Positions 29,311 through 45,368 of a DNA stretch of 64,000 nucleotides are shown here, piece by piece. Each line of letters starts with the position of its first letter. The stretch's first letter is position 1. The stretch comes from Methylibium sp. (GTDB lineage Bacteria > Pseudomonadota > Gammaproteobacteria > Burkholderiales > Burkholderiaceae_C). The translations under genes and the position numbers were made by a program. The notes beneath the pieces are model-generated. The model had not been told where the DNA came from. It searched no databases and saw nothing but the letters and a program-made list of their open reading frames with translations. The stretch spans positions 22,139 to 86,138 of the forward strand of contig JANORB010000038.1 of the NCBI GenBank assembly GCA_031415135.1. The letters are read 5' to 3'.

Positions 29311-31032
29311 ATGATCTCACCCCGCACTCCCACGCCCCGCTTCGACACCTTCTACAAACATGACGCGCTGACCGAACTGCTGTTTGCCTATGCCAAGGCG
29401 CACCCGTCGCTGGTGGCGGTGGCGTCGATCGGCAAGAGCTTCGAGGGGCGCGACATCTGGGTCGCCACTGTCACCCACACCGCCACCGGCGCGCCCGCCG
29501 ACAAGCCTGCGTTCTGGGCCGACGGCAACATCCACGCCGCCGAACTGACGGCCAGCACCGCGGTGCTGTACTACCTGCACCAGCTCGTCGCCGGCCACGG
29601 CACTGACACCGATGAAGGCCGGCAAATCACGCACCTGCTCGACACCCGCGTGCTCTACCTGTGCCCGCGCCTGAACCCCGACGGCGCCGAACTGGCGCTG
29701 GCCGACAAGCCGCGCCACATCCGCTCCGGCACACGGCGCTACCCGTTCGACGAAACGCCGGTCGACGGGCTGACGGTGGAAGACGTGGACGGTGACGGCC
29801 GCGTGCTGTTCATGCGCATCCCCGACCCGCACGGCGGCCACAAGAAGAGCGCTGCCGACCCGCGCCTGATGGTGGCGCGCGAGCCGGGCGAATTCGGCGG
29901 CGAGTATTTCCGCGTGATGCCCGAAGGCACGCTGGCCAACTTCGACGGCCTGGCCGTGCGCGTGAACCCGGACGCCGAGGGCCTGGACCTGAACCGCAAC
30001 TTCCCGACTCAATGGCGCCAGGAGTTCGAGCAGGTCGGCGCCGGCCCGTACCCGGCCAGCGAGCCCGAGGTCCGCGCAATGATCGACTTCATCCTGAAGC
30101 TCCCCAACATCGGCGCGGCGATCAGCTTTCACACCCACAGCGGCGTGATCCTGCGGCCCATGGGCACGCAGAGCGACGACGACATGATCCCCGAGGACCT
30201 GTGGTCCTACAAACGCTTCAGCGAGATCGGCGCCAGGCTCAGCGGTTATCCCGCCATCAGCATCTGGCACGATTTCAGGTACCACCCGAAAGACGTGATC
30301 ACCGGCACCCAGGACTGGGTCTACGAGCACCTGGGCGCGCTGTTCTGGGTGGTCGAGATCTGGTCGCCGAACAAGGAAGCCGGCATCACCGACTACAAGT
30401 GGATCGACTGGTACCGCGACCACCCGGTGGAAGACGACCTGAAGCTGTTGAAGTGGAGCGACGAGCACTGCGCCGGCCAGGCCCACCTCGACTGGAAGCC
30501 TTATCTGCACCCGCAGCTGGGCGCGGTCGAAATCGGCGGCTGGGACAAGATGAATTTCTGGCGCAACCCACCGCCCCACCTGCGCGAGCGCGAGGCCGCG
30601 CGCTTCCCGGCCTGGATGACGCAGATCGCGCTGTCGTTACCGAAGCTGGAATTGCTGCGCACCGAAGTGCGGGCCCTCGGTCCCGACACCTGGCGCGTGC
30701 GCATCGTGGTGGCCAACAGCGGCTGGCTGCCGGCTTATGTGACCAAGCGGGCGCTGGCGCGCAAGATGGTGCGCGGGGTGATGTTCGAGATTCACTTGCC
30801 TGAAGGTGATCCGGCGGTGTCGCTGGTCAGCGGCAAGCCGCGTGTCGAAGGCCCGCAGCTCGAAGGCCATGCACCGAAGAACTCGATGCACGCCTTCTTG
30901 CCCAACCGCGAGGTCACCGGCGATCGCGCGGTGAACGAGTGGGTGGTGCGCGCGCCCAAGGGCACCCGGCTGGCGCTCACCGCCCGCGCCGATCGGGCCG
31001 GCATGGTGCGCACCGAGGTCAGCCTGGACTGA
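29311..31032 (+). CDS. M14-family zinc carboxypeptidase
   Basis: IGKSFEGRDIWVATVT...ADGNIHAAELT (HxxE zinc site), LNPDG, DLNRNF and SFHTHSG. Confidence 0.88.
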   Translation: MISPRTPTPRFDTFYKHDALTELLFAYAKAHPSLVAVASIGKSFEGRDIWVATVTHTATGAPADKPAFWADGNIHAAELTASTAVLYYLHQLVAGHGTDTDEGRQITHLLDTRVLYLCPRLNPDGAELALADKPRHIRSGTRRYPFDETPVDGLTVEDVDGDGRVLFMRIPDPHGGHKKSAADPRLMVAREPGEFGGEYFRVMPEGTLANFDGLAVRVNPDAEGLDLNRNFPTQWRQEFEQVGAGPYPASEPEVRAMIDFILKLPNIGAAISFHTHSGVILRPMGTQSDDDMIPEDLWSYKRFSEIGARLSGYPAISIWHDFRYHPKDVITGTQDWVYEHLGALFWVVEIWSPNKEAGITDYKWIDWYRDHPVEDDLKLLKWSDEHCAGQAHLDWKPYLHPQLGAVEIGGWDKMNFWRNPPPHLREREAARFPAWMTQIALSLPKLELLRTEVRALGPDTWRVRIVVANSGWLPAYVTKRALARKMVRGVMFEIHLPEGDPAVSLVSGKPRVEGPQLEGHAPKNSMHAFLPNREVTGDRAVNEWVVRAPKGTRLALTARADRAGMVRTEVSLD

Positions 31033-31035
31033 CCC

Positions 31036-32031
31036 TCAGAACCGCACCCGCAAGCCGCCCGCCACCGTGTTGCCGGCGTCCAGCCCGGTGGCCTTGTCGT
31101 TCATGACCACGGCGTAGACATCCGTGTTCCTGGACAGGTTGTAGTCGTAGCCCAGCGTCAGCGTCTTGCGCGTGGAGACCGCCGCTGTCTTGGTCTTGGC
31201 GTTGCCGTACGAGGCCAGCAGCCGCCCGGCGCCGATGGGCGCGGACGCGCCGAACTGGTACAGCGTGGTCTTCATGTCGACAGCGGCATCGGTCTTCACG
31301 CTGCCGGCCTGCGCGAACAGCTTGGCCACGCCGAGGTCGAACGAGCCGCCGGCCTGGATCGCGTTTTGTTTGGCGAAGCCCGCCGGCACCGGGAACACGC
31401 CGTTCTTGACCTGCTGCCACGCCACCGTGGCCGCGAACGGGCCGCCGAAATACAGCGCGTTGGCGCTGATGTTGCGGCCGACGCCGCTGCCTTCGGTCAG
31501 GTTGCCCAACAGGTTCAGCGTCACGCCGCCCAGGCTGGGGCTGGTGTAGGCCAGCGAGTTGTTCCAGCCCGTGTCGCCCGAGATCGCGCCCAGGAAGTAG
31601 TGGCGGATGCTGGGTGAAAAGCCGAACGAATCGCCGAACGGGTTGAAGACCAGCGTCGACACGAACAGCGGCGTGGTGTTGCGGCCCAGCTTGCTCTGAC
31701 CGAACGCACCCTGCAGGCCGACGTGCGCGTTGCGGGCCCAGAAGGCGTCGCCGTTGAAGCGGCCGGCGCCGCCCGCATCGAGGCGCAGGAAGTGTTCGAT
31801 CGTGAAGTTGGCCTTGACCCCGCCGCCCAGGTCTTCGCTGCCCTTGAAGCCCAGAAAGCTGGTGGTCATGTTGCCGCTGTCGGCGCGCCAGACCTTGGTG
31901 GCGCCGGCGTTCTGGAACTGGCCGGCCGACATGTCCATCAGGCCGTAGGCCGAGACCGCGGACTGCGCGTGGGCGCCGGCGGCCAGGCCGAGGCCCAGCG
32001 TGGCGGCGGCAACTGAAAAAGGGAGGTTCAT
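31036..32031 (-). CDS. outer-membrane porin (Gram-negative porin family)
   Basis: Signal peptide MNLPFSVAAATLGLGLAAGAHAQS, YGLMDM start, alternating beta-strand pattern, and C-terminal ...GGLRVRF. Confidence 0.9.
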   Translation of the reverse strand: MNLPFSVAAATLGLGLAAGAHAQSAVSAYGLMDMSAGQFQNAGATKVWRADSGNMTTSFLGFKGSEDLGGGVKANFTIEHFLRLDAGGAGRFNGDAFWARNAHVGLQGAFGQSKLGRNTTPLFVSTLVFNPFGDSFGFSPSIRHYFLGAISGDTGWNNSLAYTSPSLGGVTLNLLGNLTEGSGVGRNISANALYFGGPFAATVAWQQVKNGVFPVPAGFAKQNAIQAGGSFDLGVAKLFAQAGSVKTDAAVDMKTTLYQFGASAPIGAGRLLASYGNAKTKTAAVSTRKTLTLGYDYNLSRNTDVYAVVMNDKATGLDAGNTVAGGLRVRF

Positions 32032-32143
32032 GAAAAGTGCGCTCCTGCAGGGGTGGGGTTGGGGTGATCGGGCCGGGTCGTGTCGGTCGTGGTCGGGCGC
32101 CGGCCCCGTGGGCTGCCGCAAGTTCCGGGCCGAGGCGGTGGCA

Positions 32144-35196
<3,053 letters not shown>

Positions 35197-35234
35197 TCAA
35201 CAGAATCAAGCCTGAGCTTCGGGAGTTGCCGCCG

Positions 35235-36581
35235 ATGAGTTCCACCCCGTCCCTGCCCGACGTCGCCTGCGGCCGCCTGACGCTGGCCCAGTACGCCACC
35301 CACTTTGCCGACGCCCACCCGCCGCTCACCCCCGTGCAGGCGCGGCTGGAGGCCGACCGCTGCTACTACTGCTTCGACGCGCCCTGCACCACCGCCTGCC
35401 CCACCGGCATCGACATTCCCAGCTTCATTGCCCGCATCGCGCAAGACAACCTGCGCGGTGCGGCGCACGCCATCCTGGAAGCCAACATCCTGGGCGGCAT
35501 GTGCGCGCGCGTCTGCCCCACCGAGGTGTTGTGCGAACAGGCCTGCGTGCGCCACACCAACGAGGGCAAGCCGGTCGAGATCGGCCTGTTGCAGCGGCAT
35601 GCGACCGACGCGTACTTCGCCAAACCCGGCAAGCCGCTGTTCACCCGCGCCGCGCCCACCGGGCACACGGTGGCGGTGGTCGGCGGCGGGCCGGCCGGCC
35701 TGGCGTGCGCGCACCGGCTGGCGATGCGGGGCCACGCGGTGCGGCTGTTCGACGCCAAGCCCAAGCTCGGCGGCCTGAACGAATACGGCATCGCCAGCTA
35801 CAAGACCACCGGCGGTTTTGCGCAGAAAGAGGTCGCCTGGCTGCTATCGATCGGCGGCATCGAGGTGCGGTGCAGCCAGCGGCTCGGCTGCGACATCCAC
35901 CTCGACGCGCTGGTGCGCGACTTCGATGCGGTGTTTCTCGGCCTGGGGCTGGCCGGCGTCAATGCCATCGGCATCGCCGAGCCGGCCGGCGCGCCGGTGC
36001 GCGCGGCGGTGGAGTTCATCGCCGAGTTGCGCCAGGCCCCACCGGCCGAGGTGGCGGTGGGCCGCAAGGTGGTGGTCATCGGCGGCGGCATGACGGCGGT
36101 GGATGCGGCGGTGCAAAGCCGCCTGCTCGGCGCCGAAGACGTGACCATCGTCTACCGGCGCGGGCCCGACGGCATGTCGGCCTCCGGCTACGAACAGGAC
36201 TGGGCGCAGACCAACGGTGTGCGCATCAAGCACTGGGGCGCCCCCAAAGAACAGATCCAGGAAGGCGGCAGGCCGCGGGCACTGCGATTTGCGCGAACAC
36301 GACTCGACGATGGACGGCTGGTCGAGACCGATGAGCACTTCACGATCGAGGCCGATGTGGTGCTCCAGGCGATCGGCCAGACCTTCGTGGCCGAGCCGGT
36401 GGCCTCGATGAGCCTGGCACTGAATGCCGGCCGGCTGGTCACCGACGCCGACGGCCAGACCTCGCACCCCAAGGTGTGGGCCGGCGGCGACTGCCGCCAC
36501 GGCGGGCGCGACCTGACGGTAGAGGCGGTCGAACACGGCAAGCGCTCGGCGATGGCCATCGACCGCCATCTGAGCGCCTGA
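35235..36581 (+). CDS. preT: NAD-dependent dihydropyrimidine dehydrogenase subunit PreT (GltD-like)
   Basis: Fe-S Cys clusters (CYYCFDAPCTTACP, CARVCPTEVLCEQAC), VAVVGGGPAGLACA and VVVIGGGMTAVD. Confidence 0.85.
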   Translation: MSSTPSLPDVACGRLTLAQYATHFADAHPPLTPVQARLEADRCYYCFDAPCTTACPTGIDIPSFIARIAQDNLRGAAHAILEANILGGMCARVCPTEVLCEQACVRHTNEGKPVEIGLLQRHATDAYFAKPGKPLFTRAAPTGHTVAVVGGGPAGLACAHRLAMRGHAVRLFDAKPKLGGLNEYGIASYKTTGGFAQKEVAWLLSIGGIEVRCSQRLGCDIHLDALVRDFDAVFLGLGLAGVNAIGIAEPAGAPVRAAVEFIAELRQAPPAEVAVGRKVVVIGGGMTAVDAAVQSRLLGAEDVTIVYRRGPDGMSASGYEQDWAQTNGVRIKHWGAPKEQIQEGGRPRALRFARTRLDDGRLVETDEHFTIEADVVLQAIGQTFVAEPVASMSLALNAGRLVTDADGQTSHPKVWAGGDCRHGGRDLTVEAVEHGKRSAMAIDRHLSA

Positions 36582-36620
36582 ATGCCCGCCTGAATGCGCC
36601 ACTGAATGCGCGCCTGAACC
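36576..36620. repeat. 12-nt tandem repeat (CTGAATGCnCnC x3 plus a partial copy) spanning the preT stop
   Basis: CTGAATGC recurs at 36578, 36590 and 36602, then CTGAACC at 36614. Confidence 0.8.
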
Positions 36621-36637
36621 GAACCGGAGCCCGACAC

Positions 36638-39419
<2,782 letters not shown>

Positions 39420-39440
39420 CAACCCGATCAGGAGCACACC

Positions 39441-40703
39441 ATGGACGCTGAAGTCACACACGACATCGATCAACTGCGCATCGACGGCCCGCGCCTGTGG
39501 GCCTCGCTGATGGAGCTGGCGAAGATCGGTGCCACCCCAAAAGGCGGTGTGTGCCGGTTGACGCTCACCGACCTGGACAAACAGGGGCGCGACCTGGTCA
39601 GCCAGTGGGCGCGCGAAGCCCGCATGACCGTGACGATCGACAAAATCGGCAACGGCTTCCTGCGCCGCCCCGGCCGCAACAACGCCTTGCCGCCGATCGT
39701 CACCGGCAGCCACATCGACACCCAGCCCACCGGCGGCAAGTTCGACGGCAACTACGGTGTGCTGGCCGGCATCGAGGTGGTGCGCACGCTCAACGACCAC
39801 GACATCCAGACCGAAGCGCCGATCGAAGTGGCGTGGTGGACCAACGAAGAAGGCTCGCGCTTCGTGCCGGTGATGATGGGCTCGGGCGTGTTTGCCAAGG
39901 CCTTCACGTTGGAGCACGCCTACGCGGCGAAGGACACCGAGGGCAAGTCGGTCAGGGACGAGCTGGAGCGCATCGGCTACATCGGCACTGAAGAACCCGG
40001 CGCGCACCCGATCGGCTGCTACTTCGAAACCCACATCGAACAAGGCCCGGTGCTGGAAGACCACGACAAGACCATCGGCGTGGTGACCGGTGTGCTGGGC
40101 ATCCGCTGGTACGACTGCACCGTGACCGGCATGGAAGCCCACGCCGGCCCGACCCCGATGGCGCTGCGCAAGGACGCGATGCAGGTGGCCGCCAGGCTGA
40201 TGCAGGAGGTCGTGGCCTGCGCGCACCGCCACCCGCCGCACGGGCGCGGCACGGTGGGCATGGTGCAGGTGTTTCCGAACAGCCGCAACGTGATTCCGGG
40301 GCGCGTCAAATTCAGTATCGACCTGCGCAACGCGAGCGATGCGCTGGTCGACGCGATGGACGCCGACATCCGCGCGGTGGCCGCCCGCATCAGCGCCGAG
40401 AGCAAGCTGCCGATCGAGATCGTGCCGGTGTCGGCCTACCCGGCGCAGCCTTTCCACCCCGACTGCATCGCCGCCGTGGCGCGGGCTGCCGAGAAGCTGG
40501 GCTACAGCAACATGCGCGCGGTCTCGGGTGCCGGCCACGACGCGGTCTACATGGCCCGGCTGGCGCCCAGCGGCATGATCTTCATCCCGTGCAAGGACGG
40601 CATCAGCCACAACGAAATCGAAGACGCCAAGCCCGAGCACATCACCGCCGGCTGCAACGTGCTGCTGCACGCGATGCTCGAACGCGCCGGTGTGGCGGGC
40701 TGA
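39441..40703 (+). CDS. M20-family Zn-dependent amidohydrolase (N-carbamoyl-amino acid / beta-ureidopropionase-type)
   Basis: GSHIDTQPTGGKFDGNYGV, WTNEEGSRF and HAGPTPM are allantoate amidohydrolase-family motifs. The position after dihydropyrimidinase fits a carbamoyl-beta-alanine hydrolase. Confidence 0.82.
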   Translation: MDAEVTHDIDQLRIDGPRLWASLMELAKIGATPKGGVCRLTLTDLDKQGRDLVSQWAREARMTVTIDKIGNGFLRRPGRNNALPPIVTGSHIDTQPTGGKFDGNYGVLAGIEVVRTLNDHDIQTEAPIEVAWWTNEEGSRFVPVMMGSGVFAKAFTLEHAYAAKDTEGKSVRDELERIGYIGTEEPGAHPIGCYFETHIEQGPVLEDHDKTIGVVTGVLGIRWYDCTVTGMEAHAGPTPMALRKDAMQVAARLMQEVVACAHRHPPHGRGTVGMVQVFPNSRNVIPGRVKFSIDLRNASDALVDAMDADIRAVAARISAESKLPIEIVPVSAYPAQPFHPDCIAAVARAAEKLGYSNMRAVSGAGHDAVYMARLAPSGMIFIPCKDGISHNEIEDAKPEHITAGCNVLLHAMLERAGVAG

Positions 40704-40744
40704 ACTCGTCACCCCGATTCATTCACCACCCCAAGGAACACACC

Positions 40745-41737
40745 ATGTCGTTGTCTCGTCGCCAAACCCTTTGCGCCACGGCCGCCGCGCTGGCCGCAGT
40801 GAGTCTTCCCGCCTGGGCCCAAACCAGGATCAAGGTCGCCGCCATCTACACCGTGCCGGTCGAGCAGCAGTGGGTCAGCCGCATCGACAAGGCGCTGAAA
40901 GCGGCGGTGGCGCGCGGCGACATCGAATACGTGTTCTCCGAGAACGTCACCAACGCCGACTACGAGCGCGTGATGCGCGGGTATGCCGAAAAGGGCCACC
41001 AGCTGATCGTCGGCGAATCGTTCGCGGTTGAAGCGGCGGCGCGCAAGGTGGCCAAGGACTACCCCAAGATCAGCTTCGTGATGGGCAGTTCGGGCAAGCC
41101 GCAGGAGCCCAACTTCGCGGTGTTCGACAACTACATTCAAGAGCCCGCCTACCTGACCGGCATGATCGCCGGCGGCATGACCAAGAGCAACAGAATAGGC
41201 ATGGTCGGCGGCTACCCGATTCCCGAAGTCAACCGGCTGATGAACGCCTTCATGGCCGGCGCGCTGGAAACCAACCCCAAGGCCGAGTTCACCGTCAGCT
41301 TCATCAACAGCTGGTTCGACCCGCCCAAGGCCAAGGAGGCCGCTTTCGCGATGATCGACAAGGGCGCCGACGTGATGTACGCCGAACGTTTCGGCGTCAG
41401 CGACGCGGCCAAGGAAAGAGGCCAGCTCGCGATCGGCAACGTCATCAACACGCAGGACAAGTACCCCGACACCGTGGTCGCCTCGGCGCTTTGGAACATG
41501 GAGCCCACGATCGAGCTGGCGCTGAAGATGGTGAAGGACGGCAAGTTCAAGGCCGACGACTACGGCTCGTATTCGATGATGAAGAACAAGGGCAGCGAGC
41601 TGGCGCCGCTGGGCACCTTCGAGAAGAAGATCCCGGCCGACATCATCGCCAAGGTGCGGGCCAAGGAGAAGGCGATCCTGGCCGGGCAGTTTAGCGTGAA
41701 GGTCGACGACAACCCGCCCAAACCCAGCGCCAAATAG
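40745..41737 (+). CDS. BMP-family ABC transporter substrate-binding protein
   Basis: Tat/Sec-like signal (SRRQTLCATAAALAAVSLPAWAQ). PnrA/Med-like core (GGYPIPEVNRLMNAFMAGA). Confidence 0.82.
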   Translation: MSLSRRQTLCATAAALAAVSLPAWAQTRIKVAAIYTVPVEQQWVSRIDKALKAAVARGDIEYVFSENVTNADYERVMRGYAEKGHQLIVGESFAVEAAARKVAKDYPKISFVMGSSGKPQEPNFAVFDNYIQEPAYLTGMIAGGMTKSNRIGMVGGYPIPEVNRLMNAFMAGALETNPKAEFTVSFINSWFDPPKAKEAAFAMIDKGADVMYAERFGVSDAAKERGQLAIGNVINTQDKYPDTVVASALWNMEPTIELALKMVKDGKFKADDYGSYSMMKNKGSELAPLGTFEKKIPADIIAKVRAKEKAILAGQFSVKVDDNPPKPSAK

Positions 41738-41772
41738 TGGCTGGTGCCGTGGCTGGTGCCGTGGCTGGGGCC
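41737..41772. repeat. 12-nt tandem repeat x3 at the 5' end of the ATPase gene
   Basis: GTGGCTGGTGCC GTGGCTGGTGCC GTGGCTGGGGCC encodes (V/M)AGA x3. Each unit begins with a potential GTG start. Confidence 0.85.
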
Positions 41773-43359
41773 GCGCCGGTCCTGCGCCTGCGTGGCATCA
41801 CCAAGCGCTTCGGCGGGCTGCTGGCCAACGACGCGATCTCGCTCGACCTGGGCGCCGGCGAGGTGCTGGCCCTGCTCGGCGAAAACGGCGCCGGCAAGAG
41901 CACGCTGGTGTCGATCCTGTTCGGCCACTACCTGGCCGAAGCGGGCCGCATCGAAGTTTTCGGCCGGCCCTTGCCGCCCGGCAACCCGCGCGCAGCACTT
42001 GAGATGGGCATCGGCATGGTGCACCAGCACTTCACGCTGGCCGACAACCTGAGCGTGCTCGACAACGTGATGCTGGGCACCGAGCCGCTGTGGGCTTGGC
42101 GCTCGCGCCGCGCCGAGGCGCGCCGCGCGCTGCTGGACACGGCTGCGCGATTCGGTTTGAGCGTCAATCCGCAGGCGCTGATCGCCGAGCTGTCGGTGGG
42201 TGAGCGCCAGCGGGTCGAGATTTTGAAGGCGCTGGTCGGCAGTGACAAGCGACAGGGCGCAAAGATACTGATCCTGGACGAACCCACCGCGGTGCTGACA
42301 CCGGCCGAATCCGAGTCCTTGTTCGCCACGCTGCGCCAGCTCATCCACCAGGGCCTGAGCATCATCTTCATCAGCCACAAGCTCGACGAGGTGCTGCGGG
42401 TGTCGCACCGCATCGCGGTGTTGCGCGCGGGTGCCTTGGTGGCCACATTGGCCTCGGCCGATGCCGACAAGCCGCGCCTGGCCGAGCTGATGGTGGGGCG
42501 GCGGGTCGAAGCGCCGCGGCGGCACGCGCACGTCGCTGGCAACGTGGTGTGCCGCTTGCAAGGCGCCGGCATCAACGCGCCGAACGGCCGCCGGCTGCTC
42601 GACTCGGTCAACCTGGAGCTGCGCGCCGGTGAGATCGTGGCCATCGCCGGCGTCGCGGGCAACGGCCAGCAGGCGCTGGCCGAACTGCTGTTCGGTTTGC
42701 GTGCGCTCGACCGTGGCACGGTCGAACTGCGCGGCCAGCCCATGCCGGCCGATCCAGCGCGCTGGGTCGATGCCGGCGTGGCGCGCATCCCCGAAGACCG
42801 CCACGCGGTCGGGGTGGTCGGCGATCTGCCGGCGTGGGAGAACGCGATGCTGGAGCGCTATGCCAGGCCGGCGTTTGCGCGCGCCGGTTTCATCAAGCGG
42901 CGCGCGGCGCAGGCGCACGCGAAGGCGCTGGTCGAGCGGTTCGACGTGCGCGGCACCGAGGCGCGCGGGCTCGAAACACCCACCCGTTTGCTGTCCGGCG
43001 GCAACATGCAAAAGCTCATCCTCGGCCGCGCGCTGATGGGTGAGCCCGGGGCGAGCCGGCCGCCGTGCCTGATCGTCGCCGACCAGCCGACCTGGGGCCT
43101 GGACATCGGCGCGGTGGCCTACGTGCACCAGCAGTTGCTCGATGCCTGCGCGCAAGGCGCGGCGCTGCTGGTGATCTCGGAAGACCTGGACGAGATCTTC
43201 GCGCTGGCCGACCGCGTGGCGGTGATGCACCACGGCCGGCTCACCGAGGCCCGCGCGCTGGCGCAGTGGACGCTGGCGGAGATCGGCCTGGCGATGGCCG
43301 GCGGCAGCCACGCCCACGCCCACATCGGCAGAGGCAGCGAGGTCGCGCATGCACATTGA
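41737..43359 (+). CDS. ABC transporter ATP-binding protein (tandem ATPase)
   Basis: GENGAGKST, LSVGERQRVEILKAL and ILILDEPT, plus a second cassette GVAGNGQQ, LSGGNMQK. GTG start overlaps the upstream stop (TAGTG). Confidence 0.9.
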   Translation: MAGAVAGAVAGAAPVLRLRGITKRFGGLLANDAISLDLGAGEVLALLGENGAGKSTLVSILFGHYLAEAGRIEVFGRPLPPGNPRAALEMGIGMVHQHFTLADNLSVLDNVMLGTEPLWAWRSRRAEARRALLDTAARFGLSVNPQALIAELSVGERQRVEILKALVGSDKRQGAKILILDEPTAVLTPAESESLFATLRQLIHQGLSIIFISHKLDEVLRVSHRIAVLRAGALVATLASADADKPRLAELMVGRRVEAPRRHAHVAGNVVCRLQGAGINAPNGRRLLDSVNLELRAGEIVAIAGVAGNGQQALAELLFGLRALDRGTVELRGQPMPADPARWVDAGVARIPEDRHAVGVVGDLPAWENAMLERYARPAFARAGFIKRRAAQAHAKALVERFDVRGTEARGLETPTRLLSGGNMQKLILGRALMGEPGASRPPCLIVADQPTWGLDIGAVAYVHQQLLDACAQGAALLVISEDLDEIFALADRVAVMHHGRLTEARALAQWTLAEIGLAMAGGSHAHAHIGRGSEVAHAH

Positions 43360-44440
43360 GCGCCGCGCCGAGGTCTCGCGCGTGGCGCAGTTCGTTGCGC
43401 CGTTTGCGGCCGTGGCCTTCACGCTGCTCGTCACGTCGTTGCTGGTGGCCTGGGCCGGCGCACCGGTCGGGCGTGCCTATGCGCTGCTGCTGGAAGGCGG
43501 CTTCGGCTCCTTGTTTGCGTGGAGCGAAACCCTCACGCGCGCCACGCCGTTGATCCTGACCGGCCTGGCCGCGACCGTGGCCTTCAAGGCGCGGCTGTTC
43601 AACATCGGCGCCGAGGGCCAGTTGTATGCCGGCGCGCTGGCGGCCGTGGCGGTGGGCGGCCTGCACGGCGGCACCGGCTTCGCGCTGGCGCCGTGGCTGC
43701 TGTTCCCGCTGATGATGACGGCCGCCGCGCTGGCCGGCGCGCTGCTGCTGCTGGGCCCGGCGCTGTTGAAGAGCCGGCTCGGGGTCGATGAAGTGGTCAC
43801 CACCTTGCTGCTCAATTTCATCCTGCTGCTGTTCGTGTCGATGATGCTGGACGGGCCGATGAAAGACCCCGCCGCGATGGGCTGGCCGCAAAGCGTGGTG
43901 CTGCAAGACGGGCTGCAACTCGACAAGCTGATCGCGCGCACGCGTGTGCACACCGGCCTGCTGTGGGCGCTGGTGCTGGCCGGGCTGCTGTGGCTGGTGT
44001 TCCGGCACACCACCACAGGCTTCGAGATTCGCGTGGTGGGCGCCAACGCGCGCGCGGCGGCGTTTGCCGGCATGCCGGTCGGCTGGGTCACGGTCAAGGT
44101 GGCCTTGCTGTCTGGCGCGCTGGCGGGCCTGGCCGGGGCCATCGAGGTGGCGGGCCGCGCCACCTACGTCACGCTGGACATGTCGCCGGGCTATGGCTAC
44201 AGCGGCATCGTGATCGCGATGCTGGCCGCGCTGAACCCGTTGGGCGTGGTGGCGGCGGCCGTGTTCGTGGCCGGCATCCTGGTCGGCGCCGACAGCATGA
44301 GCCGCGCGGTCAACGTGCCGACCTACATTGCCGATGTGATCGTCTCGGTGGCGCTGCTGGCCATGCTGGTGGCGGCGATGGGGGCGCAGTACCGGGTCGT
44401 GTTTGGCGCGGTGTCGGCCAGGGCGCAAGGTGCTCGCTGA
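43349..44440 (+). CDS. ABC transporter permease
   Basis: 363-aa polytopic membrane protein (BPD_transp_2-like: FNIGAEGQLYAG). Overlaps the ATPase stop. Confidence 0.85.
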   Translation: MHIERRAEVSRVAQFVAPFAAVAFTLLVTSLLVAWAGAPVGRAYALLLEGGFGSLFAWSETLTRATPLILTGLAATVAFKARLFNIGAEGQLYAGALAAVAVGGLHGGTGFALAPWLLFPLMMTAAALAGALLLLGPALLKSRLGVDEVVTTLLLNFILLLFVSMMLDGPMKDPAAMGWPQSVVLQDGLQLDKLIARTRVHTGLLWALVLAGLLWLVFRHTTTGFEIRVVGANARAAAFAGMPVGWVTVKVALLSGALAGLAGAIEVAGRATYVTLDMSPGYGYSGIVIAMLAALNPLGVVAAAVFVAGILVGADSMSRAVNVPTYIADVIVSVALLAMLVAAMGAQYRVVFGAVSARAQGAR

Positions 44441-45368
44441 AACCCTTGACCTGTTGCTGAGCGTGCCGTTCTGGGTCGCGGTGCTGCGCATCGCCACGCC
44501 GCTGATCCTGGGCACGCTGGGGGTGTTGCTGTGCGAACGCGCCGGCGTGTTGAACCTGGGCATCGAAGGCATCATGGTGGCCGGCGCGTTCACCGGCTGG
44601 CTCACCGTGTACCAGGGCGGGGGGTTGTGGACGGGGGTGCTCGTCGCCGCGGCGGTGGGAGCCATGCTCGGCCTGCTGCATGGGTTTCTGACGGTGACGC
44701 TGTCGTTGTCGCAGCATGTGTCGGGCCTGGGGCTGACCTTGTTCGCCACCAGTGTCGCCAGCTATGCCTACCGCGTGAGCTTTCCCATGGTGGACAGCCC
44801 GCCGACCATCGTGCCGTTCGAGCCGATGGGATGGTTGCCCGTGCCGATACTGAACGCGCAGACGCCACTCACGCTGCTGGCGCTCGCCGGGGTGCCATTG
44901 ATCGGCTACGTGCTTTACCGAACGCCCGTCGGCCTGGCGCTGCGCATGGTCGGCGAGAACCCGGCCGCTGCCGAGGGGCAGGGCATCAACGTGGCGGCGG
45001 TGCGCATCGGCGCGATCGCCGCCGGCTCCGCGCTGATGGGGGTGGCGGGCGCCTTCCTCACGCTGGCCGCGTTCAACGCGTTCTACTTCAACATGGTCAA
45101 CGGGCGCGGCGGGGTGTGCGTGGCGCTGGGCGTGTTCGCGTCGTGGGGGCCGGGCAAGGCGCTGCTGGGCGCGCTGCTGTTCGGGTTGTTCGATGCGCTG
45201 CAACTGCGGCTGCAGCAGTCGGGCGGTGCACTGTTCGGCATGGCGTTGCCGTACCAGGTTTACCTGATGCTGCCCTACCTGTTGTCCATCGTCGCGCTGG
45301 TGGCCGTGGCGCGCCGCGCCGCCTACCCGCAGGCGCTGATGAAGCCTTATCGAAAGGGGGAAAGATAG
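44403..45368 (+). CDS. ABC transporter permease
   Basis: CERAGVLNLGIEGIMV and a polytopic profile. Start is uncertain: TTG 44403 or GTG 44430. Confidence 0.82.
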   Translation: MARCRPGRKVLAETLDLLLSVPFWVAVLRIATPLILGTLGVLLCERAGVLNLGIEGIMVAGAFTGWLTVYQGGGLWTGVLVAAAVGAMLGLLHGFLTVTLSLSQHVSGLGLTLFATSVASYAYRVSFPMVDSPPTIVPFEPMGWLPVPILNAQTPLTLLALAGVPLIGYVLYRTPVGLALRMVGENPAAAEGQGINVAAVRIGAIAAGSALMGVAGAFLTLAAFNAFYFNMVNGRGGVCVALGVFASWGPGKALLGALLFGLFDALQLRLQQSGGALFGMALPYQVYLMLPYLLSIVALVAVARRAAYPQALMKPYRKGER

